This document shows positions 1-10,901 of a stretch of 64,000 nt of DNA, in pieces. A program made the position numbers and the translations under genes. Source of the stretch: Bdellovibrionales bacterium (GTDB taxonomy: Bacteria; Bdellovibrionota; Bdellovibrionia; Bdellovibrionales; UBA1609); the NCBI GenBank assembly GCA_965200875.1, contig OZ241456.1, positions 1,280,001-1,344,000 of the forward strand, given 5' to 3'. The notes beneath the pieces were generated by a model. That model saw only the letters and a list, made by a program, of their open reading frames with translations, had not been told where the DNA came from and did no database searches. Positions within the stretch are counted from its first letter, which is position 1, and each line of letters begins with the position of its first letter.

Positions 1-101
1 ATGATGAAGCGAATGGGGAATATGAAGTCATCAGCAGAGGAAGAGGAGGAAAAGAAGGCGGAGAAGGTGAAGCCGCTGACATTTCCTCTAAAGATCTGTA
101 A
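1..101 (+). CDS. gspG: 3' end of type II secretion major pseudopilin GspG (partial, not in ORF track)
   Basis: Frame 3 reads DEANGEYEVISRGRGGKEGGEGEAADISSKDL* (TAA 99-101), matching the GspG C-terminal YExxSxGxxGxxGGEGxxADI pattern; lies directly before the minor pseudopilins. Confidence 0.85.
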   Translation, partial: DEANGEYEVISRGRGGKEGGEGEAADISSKDL

Positions 102-111
102 AGTATTATTA

Positions 112-783
112 ATGTCTACTCGGGTCAATTTGCCAATGTTATTTACAAAACCCGTTATAAAATCCAAAAATAAAAAAACCGCTGGTTTTACATTACTGGA
201 GTTACTGATAACCTTGGCATTGATAACTGGTCTTTTAGTAACAGGAAGCTCTTTTGTTAAAAGAACAGACAACAAAATAAGAAAAACTTTCAGACAATTT
301 ATCGCTCTTAATCGCCAACTGGACCAAATGGCACGTTTAAAAAGAGAAACTTACCGTTTGGTCATAAACCTCGGTGAAAACTTTAATTACAGCACAGAGG
401 GAAATACCAAGGACAAAAAAAATACTTGGTGGGTGGAAAAAAAGCTCTCACAAAATCAAATACCAGATAGCACGAACAGTACACAAAGCACAAATAGTAC
501 AAAAAACATTACCCCGGATGGTTTTATCAGGGATACAAATTTTTTTGAAAAACCTCAAAACCTGCCAACACAATTAACTTTTGAGAGCCTAGAATCTCTG
601 AAAGATCAATCACCTGTAACTAAAGGGAAAGCCTATATTTACTACTTTCCAGAAGGACAATTCAACACAGCACTCTTAAAAATAAAAGGCAAAAGAGTTT
701 ACTGGTCTCTTTTTATTGATCGCCTGAATGGAGAATTAACCATATTTAATGGAAATAAAAACTTAAAAGATTTTGAACAATAA
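112..783 (+). CDS. gspH: type II secretion minor pseudopilin GspH-like
   Basis: Prepilin motif AG|FTLLELLITLALI and late YIYYFPEG motif; start ATG 112 or 136 (the track's start at 1 overlaps gspG). Confidence 0.75.
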   Translation: MSTRVNLPMLFTKPVIKSKNKKTAGFTLLELLITLALITGLLVTGSSFVKRTDNKIRKTFRQFIALNRQLDQMARLKRETYRLVINLGENFNYSTEGNTKDKKNTWWVEKKLSQNQIPDSTNSTQSTNSTKNITPDGFIRDTNFFEKPQNLPTQLTFESLESLKDQSPVTKGKAYIYYFPEGQFNTALLKIKGKRVYWSLFIDRLNGELTIFNGNKNLKDFEQ

Positions 784-794
784 ATGAATAAACT

Positions 795-1325
795 TTGGAA
801 CACAAAATGCACAATCCAGCAAACAAAAAAAAGGGATTTACCCTTATTGAAATTTTAGTGTCTTTGGTTGTTCTCACCGGAGCCAGTATTGTTATTTCTA
901 GGATATGGACAGGCAATCGAGAAAGAGTTACAAAAATTGACGATTATCATAAAATTGTCCAGTTAATGGAAAATAAAATCTCCGAGCTGGAGTTTGAGTG
1001 GCGAAAAAAAAACTTTAACTCCATACCCAGAGAGGAAAAAGGCGATTTTAAAGAGGAAAAACATTTTTCATGGAGTGTGCGCACACAGCCCCTTAAACTG
1101 CCCGAACCCAAACAAATGCTAAGTCTGTTTGGACAAAGCCAAAGTCAAGGTCAGGGCGCATCCCTCCAAGTCGCCAAGGTAACCACTGATTTTTTATCCC
1201 AAGCTGTATTGGAGGCAAAACTCACAATCCATTATAAAAAAGGAAATCTGAAAAGTGCTTACTCAATAACCACTTATATTGTAGATCATACTAAAAGCAT
1301 CTCCATACCCGGCGGTGCACCTTAA
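795..1325 (+). CDS. gspI: type II secretion minor pseudopilin GspI-like
   Basis: KKG|FTLIEILVSLVVL and EEKGDF..FSW motifs; operon position; start may be ATG 807. Confidence 0.75.
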   Translation: MEHKMHNPANKKKGFTLIEILVSLVVLTGASIVISRIWTGNRERVTKIDDYHKIVQLMENKISELEFEWRKKNFNSIPREEKGDFKEEKHFSWSVRTQPLKLPEPKQMLSLFGQSQSQGQGASLQVAKVTTDFLSQAVLEAKLTIHYKKGNLKSAYSITTYIVDHTKSISIPGGAP

Positions 1326-1349
1326 TTTTACTGATAGGAGAAGAAAATC

Positions 1350-2255
1350 TTGAAAAAATATATATACGACTTAAACATTTTGGTTATTTGTTTATTACAG
1401 TTAGTAATTTTAAAAACAAAACAAATTCCCTTAAACAAAAAAGGAATGACTTTATTGGAAGTGGTGATTGCTCTTATTTTGTTCACTTTTATGATCATAT
1501 CACTGACTCGTATGACAAGCAGTGCCATCAAATACAGGGAACAAGTCACGCGGAACACAAAAATCACAAAATTCAGCAGAAATGTTTTGCAGATTATTAG
1601 AAAAGATATTCAGAACATATTTTACACACAGGACATGAATAGCGTGGCGCATATATCATTCAGAAAACAGAACTCTCTACGCGAACCTCCGGCAGAACAG
1701 AAAAGCAAAAAAAAAATACCCACAGACAAAGAAAGAAAAAAAAAGGAAGTGGAAAAAGAACTCATTGAATTTGAAATCATGCAAATAGAACCTTATATGC
1801 TGAAGTTATCCAGCACTTCTGGAGGAGTGGTAGGAACAGAAAACAGTCTGCACATAAGCTCTCTCTCTTATATACGAAATCAGGATAATGAAAAAACCAG
1901 CGATCAAAATCTGATTGTTTATTATCTTAAGCCCTGCAAAAGCAGAGAAAAAAATAAAGAGGAAAGCTCCTGTCTATGGAGAAAATTCTCCACTATGATA
2001 AATCAACAGCTATCCGACTTAAAACACTACGATGAGTTTGTTCTCCTAGAAAGAGTAAAAATATTTCAACTCTCTTACTACAATATGTATAGCAATGAGT
2101 GGAAAAAAGAATGGAAAACAGGCCCCAACGATAACAACAATTTACCCTCTGCAATTCGTGTAAAAATGGAATTTGAGAATAAAAAAAAGCAAATCGTAAA
2201 ACAGGAAATCCATCTGCCACTTTATCAGCAGGTGTTAATTCCCACGAGTCCATAA
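1350..2255 (+). CDS. gspJ: type II secretion minor pseudopilin GspJ-like
   Basis: KKG|MTLLEVVIALIL and C-terminal WxxEW...LPSAIRV motif. Confidence 0.8.
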   Translation: MKKYIYDLNILVICLLQLVILKTKQIPLNKKGMTLLEVVIALILFTFMIISLTRMTSSAIKYREQVTRNTKITKFSRNVLQIIRKDIQNIFYTQDMNSVAHISFRKQNSLREPPAEQKSKKKIPTDKERKKKEVEKELIEFEIMQIEPYMLKLSSTSGGVVGTENSLHISSLSYIRNQDNEKTSDQNLIVYYLKPCKSREKNKEESSCLWRKFSTMINQQLSDLKHYDEFVLLERVKIFQLSYYNMYSNEWKKEWKTGPNDNNNLPSAIRVKMEFENKKKQIVKQEIHLPLYQQVLIPTSP

Positions 2256-2279
2256 AATTTTTGAGAAAGATAGGGCAAA

Positions 2280-3641
2280 ATGATATTAAATAAAAATCGT
2301 CTGAAAGATATAAAATATCCAAAGTACCAGCCGGCGAATAAGAAAAAAAAATCGCTGACTTTTCCAAAAAGCAATCAAAAAGGTATGGCTCTTATAATGG
2401 TTCTTTCAACCATAATATTTATTATCCTGTTAATACAGGAGACTGCTTTTGAAACACAAATAGAATACCGCTCGGCAGTGGCTGAATTAAATTCTCTAAG
2501 AGCATACTATGCCGCAAAAGCGGGAATGGAGGTAAGTCTGTTAAGAGTAAACACTTATGTAAAATTAAACAAAAAATACAAGGATAAACTAAAATCCTTT
2601 CGAGCTTATACAGATCTGATCTGGAAACTGCCGTTTATATGGCCTCCTCCCGTAATGAAAGACATGGACCACATAGGTTCCACAGAGCTGTTAAAACTAA
2701 GGGAAGATTCCTTCATGCAAACCAGCTTTATGACAACTATTGATCCTGAAAACAGTCGTATTGATATCAATGATCTGGCTTCTCCCATACCCTCTCTCAG
2801 AAAATGGACCTTTCAGGTTTTGTATCGCTTGATTTACCTCTTGCAAGCGCAGGACAAAAGGCTTGCTGATGCCATGAGCACACAAGATACTGCTGAAATT
2901 TTACAAAATATAAAAGATTGGGTAGATCCGGATACTCATCGAGGAACACAAACCTCCCTATCTGAAAGCCAGCTATATGACGAAGAGGGTTATCCCCCTA
3001 ATCGCTCTTTCGTTACTGTAGAGGAGTTAAATCAAGTGAAAGGAATGTCTGACATTCTCTATACGGCTATTGAACCTTTTATTACTGTATATGGCGAAAA
3101 GGGTATAAACATCAACACAGCCCCTGTGGAGCTGTTGCAAGCCCTGCATGATGAGTTTCCGGTAGAGCTGGCGGAGGAAATAACCACCCTCACACTCAAT
3201 CCGGCAATTCCTTTTTTATTTACACCAGCCACTTTTTCAACATTTTTAATGGAAAATGGAATGGAGGAATTGGAACAGGATTTATTTCCAGAACAACCGG
3301 AAGCACAGCCAAAAAATGAAGAATCCATTTCCTACATCAGATTTGATGCTCCGCATAATTTTCGGATAAAAAGTATAGGAATTGCTGGTACAAGTCAAAA
3401 AACCATAAAAGCGACCTACTTTAGTACATCTAAATTCATAACCCTTTTCAACGACTCGATGAAAGAAGAAAAAAAAAGGGAAGAAAAACGGATTTCCAGG
3501 CGAGATAGTCAAAATCAAGGGCTAGATAACACTCCAACAAAGAACACTCCAAAACCAGACACAGCTGACCGTCCTACCCCCTCCCGTAATTCCGATCAAA
3601 ATTTAGCACCTACTATAATTTACTGGAAAGAAAGTTTCTGA
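2280..3641 (+). CDS. gspK: type II secretion pseudopilin GspK
   Basis: QKG|MALIMVL (no E5), RIDINDL, IKDWVDPD, EELNQVKGM and ININTAP motifs. Confidence 0.9.
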   Translation: MILNKNRLKDIKYPKYQPANKKKKSLTFPKSNQKGMALIMVLSTIIFIILLIQETAFETQIEYRSAVAELNSLRAYYAAKAGMEVSLLRVNTYVKLNKKYKDKLKSFRAYTDLIWKLPFIWPPPVMKDMDHIGSTELLKLREDSFMQTSFMTTIDPENSRIDINDLASPIPSLRKWTFQVLYRLIYLLQAQDKRLADAMSTQDTAEILQNIKDWVDPDTHRGTQTSLSESQLYDEEGYPPNRSFVTVEELNQVKGMSDILYTAIEPFITVYGEKGININTAPVELLQALHDEFPVELAEEITTLTLNPAIPFLFTPATFSTFLMENGMEELEQDLFPEQPEAQPKNEESISYIRFDAPHNFRIKSIGIAGTSQKTIKATYFSTSKFITLFNDSMKEEKKREEKRISRRDSQNQGLDNTPTKNTPKPDTADRPTPSRNSDQNLAPTIIYWKESF

Positions 3642-3682
3642 AAGGATAAGCTTAAAAAAAATACAAAAAACAGGGGGTTGCC

Positions 3683-5407
3683 TTGATTTTCGTGGGTGTG
3701 GACATAGGTTCCTGCGCCGTAAAAGCGGTTGCCATTAAAAAAAACAACAAAACTTTTGAAATTTTGCAAACACATTTTTTTTCGCTAAAAGCGGATGAAA
3801 ACGAGGAGCAAAAACAGCTTTTAATATCCACGCATTTGAAAACTCTGACTAACTTGTATCAAAATAGAGAAACAAAATATATTTTCTCTTTTTCTCAAAA
3901 TGAAGTCAGTTCGGAAAAGCTCAGCTTTCCTTTCAAAGAGCGGTATAAAATACTGAAAAGCCTTCCTTTTCAAATGGAAGACAAACTGTCCCTTTTTGAC
4001 TATAAACAGCTGATATCTGATATTAAAATGGGTGAGTTTTCTGCAGGAAAAAGAACTGTGCTGGTTTTTTCCGTCTTTAAAGAAAATATCTCCCGGTTAT
4101 TAAATGAAATCAAATCAGCGGGAACCAATCCTTTTATTCTTACTTGTGAAGCTTCCGCCACCGCCAATTTATTTGAAATCAAAAAAGAAAGCACAGTGAA
4201 ACCGCAAACCACCATCGAAACAGAAACAAAAAAAACACAACATACAGAAGAAGGCAGTCTGTATTTAAAAATAGGTCACACTCATACAATGGCCCTGTTC
4301 TTTCTACGGTCTGCTCTGCAAAATGTATATAGCTTTGAGTGGGGTGTCTCCGACTGTATAAGAAAAATATCCCTAAAATATGAAATTTCATCTCAGAAAG
4401 CTATGGAGCAGTTTCACGATAAAGCCTTCGTTTTAACGCAAACAAAAGGATACACTGGAAGTCAAATTGAGTTTTCGAAAGTTATTCAAGAATCCTTTGA
4501 AAACCTTATCGATAAATTGCGTCTGCTTTTATTACAAATGGAAGGAGAGGGAGACTGTATAAACAAAAAAATACTTCTCTGTGGAGGAGGTTCTCAGGTG
4601 CGAAACCTTCAGGCTTTATTATCCACTCGTCTGAATATCCCTGTCGCTCGTGTGGAGGAAGTACCTAATTATCCTAAATGGAACTTGAGAGCCAACGATA
4701 TAAAACAAAATAACCTTATTACCGCCTTAGGGGCGGCTATGGAAGGATTAAAAAAAACTAGGAACCCGGCTGTTAACTTTTTAAAAGAGGAATTTGCCGT
4801 TCAGTTTAACCCTCTTTCCCTTATACTGAACCAATGGAGGCAACCCATTGTTTTGGCCGTAATTATTTTGACATTTCTCTCCGCTTATTCTGCTGTGAGA
4901 AACTATAAGTCTAGGGAGTTATCTGAAAAAACAGACAAGATTTTCAGAAAGTATTCCATGCGAGTTGCCAAATTACGCCCAAAACAGATTAATGTGGAAA
5001 GAGTGCAACATTTTGTCAATAGTAAAAAGCAATGGTTGCAACAGGTTCAGTTAGCGGAAGAAATTAGCCGTATTCCATCCGCTTTGGATAAAATAAAAAA
5101 CCTGAGTGTCACTATCAAAAAACAAACTTCTTGGAATTTGGAAATTCAGGATCTGAATATCACAGGTAACAACATAGAAATACAAGGTAGTATTTCCGCT
5201 CTCTATCTTGAACTGTTGGAAAAAAAACTAACAGATTTGGCAGTCAGCGGAAGTTTAAAAAAATCACCTCTGGCCATAAAACAAAACCACCTAGCAAAAA
5301 AACAACAAGCGAATACAGACGAAACACCTTTGGAAAAAAAATCACCAAAAGTGAAAGAACGCAACATAGTGTTTTTTAAATATTCGTTTATTCAGAAACA
5401 AGGTTAA
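3683..5407 (+). CDS. gspL: GspL/PilM-like actin-fold inner-membrane platform protein
   Basis: VGVDIGSCAVKAV and LLCGGGSQVRNL motifs followed by a TM helix and a PilN-like tail; follows gspK. Confidence 0.75.
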   Translation: MIFVGVDIGSCAVKAVAIKKNNKTFEILQTHFFSLKADENEEQKQLLISTHLKTLTNLYQNRETKYIFSFSQNEVSSEKLSFPFKERYKILKSLPFQMEDKLSLFDYKQLISDIKMGEFSAGKRTVLVFSVFKENISRLLNEIKSAGTNPFILTCEASATANLFEIKKESTVKPQTTIETETKKTQHTEEGSLYLKIGHTHTMALFFLRSALQNVYSFEWGVSDCIRKISLKYEISSQKAMEQFHDKAFVLTQTKGYTGSQIEFSKVIQESFENLIDKLRLLLLQMEGEGDCINKKILLCGGGSQVRNLQALLSTRLNIPVARVEEVPNYPKWNLRANDIKQNNLITALGAAMEGLKKTRNPAVNFLKEEFAVQFNPLSLILNQWRQPIVLAVIILTFLSAYSAVRNYKSRELSEKTDKIFRKYSMRVAKLRPKQINVERVQHFVNSKKQWLQQVQLAEEISRIPSALDKIKNLSVTIKKQTSWNLEIQDLNITGNNIEIQGSISALYLELLEKKLTDLAVSGSLKKSPLAIKQNHLAKKQQANTDETPLEKKSPKVKERNIVFFKYSFIQKQG

Positions 5408-5408
5408 A

Positions 5409-6557
5409 ATGGATATAAGCAATTTTAAAGAAATACTTGTCAACGGATATAAAAATCTTCATAACTCGATTGTGAACAGCTCCGCTTTTTATTTCTTAAA
5501 AGAAAAGTATGATCATTTAAACCCTCTTTATCGCAAAATAATTCATACGGGCGGGCTGATTTTTTTGGTATGTGCTCTTTTGTATTATCCCTTTTCCAAC
5601 CTGTACTCTTCATGGAAAAATATGAAAGATTTTAAAGAAAGAAACACCCTTACGAAGGATTTAATCGACCTTTCTACCGCCAGTGCATTCAATGTTTCGA
5701 GATCTTATACTGTGAATCAAGATCCAGTTCGATTCATCCGGCAAAAAATGCCCACCCTCCGAATACCAAAAGACCAAATTGAAGAGATAAAAGCAGACCG
5801 GCCCATTCCCATTCCAGCAAGCCTTTCTTTGCCTGTTAAAGTTAAAACAGTGTCTGTAAAAATAAAAAATCTTACTTTAAAAGAGGTTATTCAATACGGA
5901 TACCAGATGGAACAAATGTCCAAAAGCATTAAACTCATGGATATTCGTATCACAGAAAATCCAAAAAAAAACAATTACTTTGATGTTTCCTATATTTTAA
6001 GCTTTTTTAATTTAACAAAAAAATCACCAACGAATGAAAAACAAAAAGCAAAAAGCCCGAACCGAATCGCCCGGAAGAATAAAAATTCCAAAAAAAAAAC
6101 AATGCGTGAAAAAACTCAGATTCCAAGCCAAAGAAGAAAAGCAAAAAAGCCTGCTCCCACTTCACATTCTATAAAATATAAACCCGGTGAACCACAAAAT
6201 CAAAAGAATAAAAAACCTGAAACTCTCTTATTGGATTTGAAAAAAGAAAATGTTCCAACAGATGATACAACTTTTAAAAACCAACCCTCTTCAGTAAAAA
6301 GAAAAGATCTCCTGCCACCACCTCCGCCATTAACTCCTCCCCACTTTAATAACTCTTCTACTGAACCTGCCCGCCCTTTAAGTCACCCCACGGGGGATTC
6401 TCCCAAGAACAAACTGCCACCTGCAACACCGGCGGAAAAAACTGCTAAACCTGACAAACTGCCACCTGCAACACCGGCGAAAGAAATACCCGCTCCTCCC
6501 ATTATTGACAATGTTTCCCCCTCTTCAAAGGAAGAATCACAATCAAATGAACAGTAA
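5409..6557 (+). CDS. gspM: GspM-like protein with long Lys/Pro-rich C-terminal extension
   Basis: Single TM helix; position between gspL and gspN; low-complexity tail with KLPPATPA twice. Confidence 0.55.
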   Translation: MDISNFKEILVNGYKNLHNSIVNSSAFYFLKEKYDHLNPLYRKIIHTGGLIFLVCALLYYPFSNLYSSWKNMKDFKERNTLTKDLIDLSTASAFNVSRSYTVNQDPVRFIRQKMPTLRIPKDQIEEIKADRPIPIPASLSLPVKVKTVSVKIKNLTLKEVIQYGYQMEQMSKSIKLMDIRITENPKKNNYFDVSYILSFFNLTKKSPTNEKQKAKSPNRIARKNKNSKKKTMREKTQIPSQRRKAKKPAPTSHSIKYKPGEPQNQKNKKPETLLLDLKKENVPTDDTTFKNQPSSVKRKDLLPPPPPLTPPHFNNSSTEPARPLSHPTGDSPKNKLPPATPAEKTAKPDKLPPATPAKEIPAPPIIDNVSPSSKEESQSNEQ

Positions 6558-6574
6558 AAAAAAGGAAATTAAAA

Positions 6575-7624
6575 ATGGAAAAGCTGAATACATATATTAA
6601 AAAGTTCTATAATTTTTTAAAAACACATAAGAATAAATGGCTTGTTTTAATTACTTTTTCGCTGTTATTTTTTCTTGTTTTATTTCCTTACGAATCAGCC
6701 GTATTGTATTTAACAAATCAGCTAAACAAACAAACAAAATCTTCAGTTCAATTACAATATGACAGTTTCTTCATCAATCCATTAGGTCCAAGCCTTGTTT
6801 TCAGAAATCCTAAAATCTTCATGGCAGGAAATCAAAACGCTTTTACTGCGAAAAAGTTAACTCTTCAACCTTCTTACAAATCCCTGTTACAATTAAAACC
6901 GGGAGGGATCATCACTCTACAGTGGTTACAAGAAGCCTCTCTTAGTTTAACTGTCCGAAAAACACAAATTAAAAAAAAGACAACAGGTTGGCTATTTCAT
7001 ATAAAAGCACAAAATTTCAACCCGTTTTTTCTTAGCACTTTTTTTCCGGTAATGTCAAAAGTGAGTGGAAAAATAAATATCTCTATAGAAATGCTTTTAG
7101 ATCCTCTTTTTGAAACTCAACCAAAAGGGGTTTGGAATATAAGTGGACAAAATATTCAAAGTCGTTTCTCATCCTACACAATTCCCAATAATCCCACTTT
7201 TGGTGCTATCACGCTTCCTTATTTTAAATGGAACCAGATCCATTCAAATGGCAAAATACAAAATGGTGAAATCATCATTTCTGATTTTTCTCTGGGGGAA
7301 AATAAGGACACTTCTCAAATAAAAACCAGAGGGGTTTTACGAATCGACTTTAAAAAACATATTGCCTCAAAACGAATCAAAACACAGCTAAGGCAATATG
7401 ATATAGGCTTGGATATGTCACTAAGTGAAGATATGAAAAATCAGTTTTATCCTTCTTTGGACATATTGTTATCCAATATTGGTTCCAAAACTCCGCAAGG
7501 ATGGCGCTATTTGGGTCTTGTAAAAGGTGCCAGTTTTTCCATTCCCCGCTTGTCTCCTGTTTCAAAACTACCCACTTTACAGGAAATACAAAACCCCAAA
7601 GAACCGGAACTGGAAAATTTTTAA
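6575..7624 (+). CDS. gspN: type II secretion protein GspN-like
   Basis: N-terminal TM ending LFFLVLFPY, beta-rich body, last gene of the gsp operon. Confidence 0.7.
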   Translation: MEKLNTYIKKFYNFLKTHKNKWLVLITFSLLFFLVLFPYESAVLYLTNQLNKQTKSSVQLQYDSFFINPLGPSLVFRNPKIFMAGNQNAFTAKKLTLQPSYKSLLQLKPGGIITLQWLQEASLSLTVRKTQIKKKTTGWLFHIKAQNFNPFFLSTFFPVMSKVSGKINISIEMLLDPLFETQPKGVWNISGQNIQSRFSSYTIPNNPTFGAITLPYFKWNQIHSNGKIQNGEIIISDFSLGENKDTSQIKTRGVLRIDFKKHIASKRIKTQLRQYDIGLDMSLSEDMKNQFYPSLDILLSNIGSKTPQGWRYLGLVKGASFSIPRLSPVSKLPTLQEIQNPKEPELENF

Positions 7625-7744
7625 AGGTTTTGTTGTAAAACCTTTTATTTTCCTGCAAAATAAATAATGTAAAAAGCAGGAATAAATATTAAAATATTGC
7701 TTTTTAAAAACTTTGCATTTATTTTCAGGAAAAGGAGAAAATCA

Positions 7745-8005
7745 ATGATGACTAAAATAAAAATCTATTCCAAGACCACTTGCCCAGCCTGTGTTATGGC
7801 AAAAAATCTCTTGGATAAAAAGGGTGTGAAATATGAAGAAATCATATTGGATAACAAACCCGATGAAATTCAAGAGCTTATGAACAGTACAGGTATGAAA
7901 ACTGTTCCGCAAATTTTTATTAATGGTGAATTAATAGGTGGCTGTTCTGATTTAATAGACCTAGATGAACAAAAAAAACTGGATCCTCTTCTTAATTGCA
8001 AATGA
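7745..8005 (+). CDS. grxC: glutaredoxin 3
   Basis: CPAC, TVPQIFING and GGCSDL motifs; AGGAG RBS before ATG 7745. Confidence 0.9.
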   Translation: MMTKIKIYSKTTCPACVMAKNLLDKKGVKYEEIILDNKPDEIQELMNSTGMKTVPQIFINGELIGGCSDLIDLDEQKKLDPLLNCK

Positions 8006-9135
8006 AAAACAGGCTTTCAAAGGTCAGACTTGGCATTTTAGGGGGTGGGCAATTAGCCAGAATGATGGCTTTAAAAAGTCATGAAATGGGCATCCAACCT
8101 TATATTTTAAGTTCTCATCCTCAAGATCCTGCCGCTCAAGTCACATCCCACTTCATTCAAGGGAATTTAAACTCCAAAAAGGATCTTAAAAACTTTTTAA
8201 ATAAAGTGGACCTGGTTATATTTGAAAATGAATTTGTGGATATGACTCTACTATCTTCAATCGTCGCGAAAAGCAAAACACCTGTACATCCCAAACCAAA
8301 AACCATGCACCTTCTGCAAGATCGCATGAAGCAAAAAAAACTACTCAAAAAACACTTTATACCCACCTCAAATTTTATTGAAATTCACTCCCTTAAACAA
8401 ATACAGAATTTATCCAAAATGTTTCCTGAAAAAATCGTCTTGAAAAAGAGACTACAAGGCTACGATGGCACAGGAATTTTAATCATAAAAGACATCAAGA
8501 AAACCAAAGAGATCCAACAGTTTTTCGGCAAAAATATACAGCTGATTGCCGAAGAATATATACCTTTTAAAAAAGAACTGGCCATTATTTTAGTAAGAAA
8601 TAGAAAAAAACAAATTGTTGAGCTTCCTCTGGTGGAAACACATCAAAAAGACGCTTGTTGTCTCTGGGTGAGAGGTCCTGTGCAACACGCACAAAAAGAC
8701 AATTTGGTTAAGAAATTAAAAGTCATGATGAATGAAATTGATTATGAAGGTGTAATGGCCTTTGAATTGTTTGAAACTAAAGAAGGCTCCTTGATGGTAA
8801 ACGAGTTGGCACCACGGGTTCATAATTCTGGACACTACTCTTTGGACGCCCTCAGTGAAGATCAATTCTCACTGCACATTAAAGCTGTTTTGAATTTGGA
8901 TATTCAAACATCCAAAAAATTTACCGGCGGATTTGCCATGCTAAACCTTTTAGGAGAGAAACAATCAAAGAAATGGCTGTATCCCCCTGGAACAAAGCTA
9001 TATTGGTATGGTAAAAAGGAAAGCCGGCCTGGAAGAAAAATGGGACATATAAACAACTTGGACAGCTCTCCGAACAAAGCACTTGTTAGCCTTTTGGATT
9101 TTTTAAACAATATGAAAAATAAAAGGGTAGTATGA
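8002..9135 (+). CDS. purK: N5-CAIR synthase
   Basis: [27 protein letters not shown] and RPGRKMGH motifs. Confidence 0.95.
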   Translation: MKNRLSKVRLGILGGGQLARMMALKSHEMGIQPYILSSHPQDPAAQVTSHFIQGNLNSKKDLKNFLNKVDLVIFENEFVDMTLLSSIVAKSKTPVHPKPKTMHLLQDRMKQKKLLKKHFIPTSNFIEIHSLKQIQNLSKMFPEKIVLKKRLQGYDGTGILIIKDIKKTKEIQQFFGKNIQLIAEEYIPFKKELAIILVRNRKKQIVELPLVETHQKDACCLWVRGPVQHAQKDNLVKKLKVMMNEIDYEGVMAFELFETKEGSLMVNELAPRVHNSGHYSLDALSEDQFSLHIKAVLNLDIQTSKKFTGGFAMLNLLGEKQSKKWLYPPGTKLYWYGKKESRPGRKMGHINNLDSSPNKALVSLLDFLNNMKNKRVV

Positions 9136-9635
9136 AAAAAAAAACCAGTAGTAAAAACAAACCCGTAGTGTCTGTAATTATGGGAAGTGACTCAGATTGG
9201 CCAACTATGCAATCTGCCATTCCTGTATTAAAAGAATTTAATATTCCTTATGAAGTAAAAGTGGTGTCTGCCCATCGAACACCAAAACTCATGCAAAAGC
9301 ACGCTGAAGCTTGCCAAAAAAGAGGAATTAAGGTGATTATAGCCGGGGCGGGAGGAGCGGCCCACCTTCCGGGAATGATTGCTTCTCTTACTCCTCTGCC
9401 TGTTATTGGTGTACCGATCATGACAAAAAAGCTTAAGGGTCTCGATTCTTTATTGTCCATAGCACAAATGCCAAAAGGAATACCTGTCGCTACTGTGGCT
9501 GTGGATAACAGTTATAACTCGGCTTTATTGGCTCTGAGAATACTATCCGTTGGAAAATCAACGCTTATTAAAAAAATGACTGAATACATGAATCAACAAA
9601 AAGAAAAAAGCAAAACCAAAAAAATACCTGTTTGA
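9132..9635 (+). CDS. purE: N5-CAIR mutase
   Basis: MGSDSD, SAHRTP and [11 protein letters not shown] motifs. Confidence 0.97.
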   Translation: MKKKTSSKNKPVVSVIMGSDSDWPTMQSAIPVLKEFNIPYEVKVVSAHRTPKLMQKHAEACQKRGIKVIIAGAGGAAHLPGMIASLTPLPVIGVPIMTKKLKGLDSLLSIAQMPKGIPVATVAVDNSYNSALLALRILSVGKSTLIKKMTEYMNQQKEKSKTKKIPV

Positions 9636-9717
9636 AGAAAAATCTCCTGACTTCCATATTATAAACCATATTAAATAAGTGATTTCAAAGGTTTACAAAG
9701 CCAAAGTGGCGACTAAT

Positions 9718-9753
9718 GACATAGTTGATTTACAGGACTTATGGTGCTATTGT
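9718..9753 (+). promoter_or_regulatory. sigma70-type promoter upstream of fabH, near-identical to one at 33734
   Basis: TTGATT-17 nt-TATTGT with extended -10 TG; 30/33 identical to 33734-33766. Confidence 0.55.
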
Positions 9754-9858
9754 CCAGAACAAATGTTATCGTTTAACAACATACAATGTTTTTCAAAAGT
9801 AGCTGTTTATTATCCAACATTCTGAAAACAAAACTATTTAAACTGGAGAATACAAAAA

Positions 9859-10848
9859 ATGAACTATTGTCGTATCAGCGGAATAGGATGTTATTTGCCG
9901 AAAAAAATATTAACCAACCAGGATCTGGAAAAAATAGTGAACACTTCAGATGAATGGATTAAACAAAGAACCGGCATTGAACAAAGACATATCTCTAATG
10001 AAAACGAATTACCCAGTGATATGGCACTGAAGGCTTCTTTAAGTGCTTTGGAACAAAGCCAGCTGAAACCGGAAGATTTGGATTTTATCCTCGTCGCCAC
10101 TCTTTACCCCGATCAACTCATGCCAAATACAGCCTGTGAGTTACAAAAAAAAATGAATATTTCCAGTATTCCCTGCCTAGATATTTCCGCCGCTTGCAGT
10201 GGTTTTGTATATGGTCTGAGTATAGCCAATCAATATATTCAAACCGGAACTTATAAAAATATTCTTTTAGTGGGAACAGAAACTTTACACCATGTCACCA
10301 ATTATGAAGATCGCTCCACCTGTATCCTTTTTGGAGATGGAGCAGGTGCTTTTGTGTTATCACAAAACAAAGAACCGGAAAAAGGCAAAGTGTATCATCA
10401 AGCCTTAAATGCGTACGGAGAGCTGGGACCAGCCCTTTTTATCCCTTCACCGGGAGCAAAACACGCTGAAAAAACAAGCTCCCAACCAAATAAAGCACAA
10501 ACCTGCATCCAAATGGATGGACAAAAAGTATTTAAAAAAGCTTTGCAAATTATGTGTGAATCCTATCAAAAAACATTGGAAGACACTCAATTTTCCCCGG
10601 AACAAATTGACTGGATAGTGCCCCATCAAGCCAACGAAAGAATTTTAAAAAAGTTTTGCAAACTTATTGACTTTCCTGAAGAAAAAGTAGTTTTTGATAT
10701 CAGAGAAACAGGAAACACCTCTTCCGCTTCCATTCCTTTATCTATGGCCCGTGCTGTAAAAAAAGGAAAAATCAAAAGAGGGCAAAATATTTTAATGATT
10801 GCTATGGGAGGTGGAATGACAAGCGGTTCTCTCTTATTAAGATATTAA
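9859..10848 (+). CDS. fabH: beta-ketoacyl-ACP synthase III
   Basis: AACSGF, LFGDGAGA, PHQAN and GNTSSAS motifs. Confidence 0.97.
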   Translation: MNYCRISGIGCYLPKKILTNQDLEKIVNTSDEWIKQRTGIEQRHISNENELPSDMALKASLSALEQSQLKPEDLDFILVATLYPDQLMPNTACELQKKMNISSIPCLDISAACSGFVYGLSIANQYIQTGTYKNILLVGTETLHHVTNYEDRSTCILFGDGAGAFVLSQNKEPEKGKVYHQALNAYGELGPALFIPSPGAKHAEKTSSQPNKAQTCIQMDGQKVFKKALQIMCESYQKTLEDTQFSPEQIDWIVPHQANERILKKFCKLIDFPEEKVVFDIRETGNTSSASIPLSMARAVKKGKIKRGQNILMIAMGGGMTSGSLLLRY

Positions 10849-10901
10849 AAGGAAAGGAGACGGGGCCGGCAGAGTAAAATCAACCAGCCTCAAAGAAAAA
10901 T

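Noticed and set aside
1..111. Long N-terminus of the 260-aa ORF
   Set aside because: It overlaps the gspG 3' end in another frame
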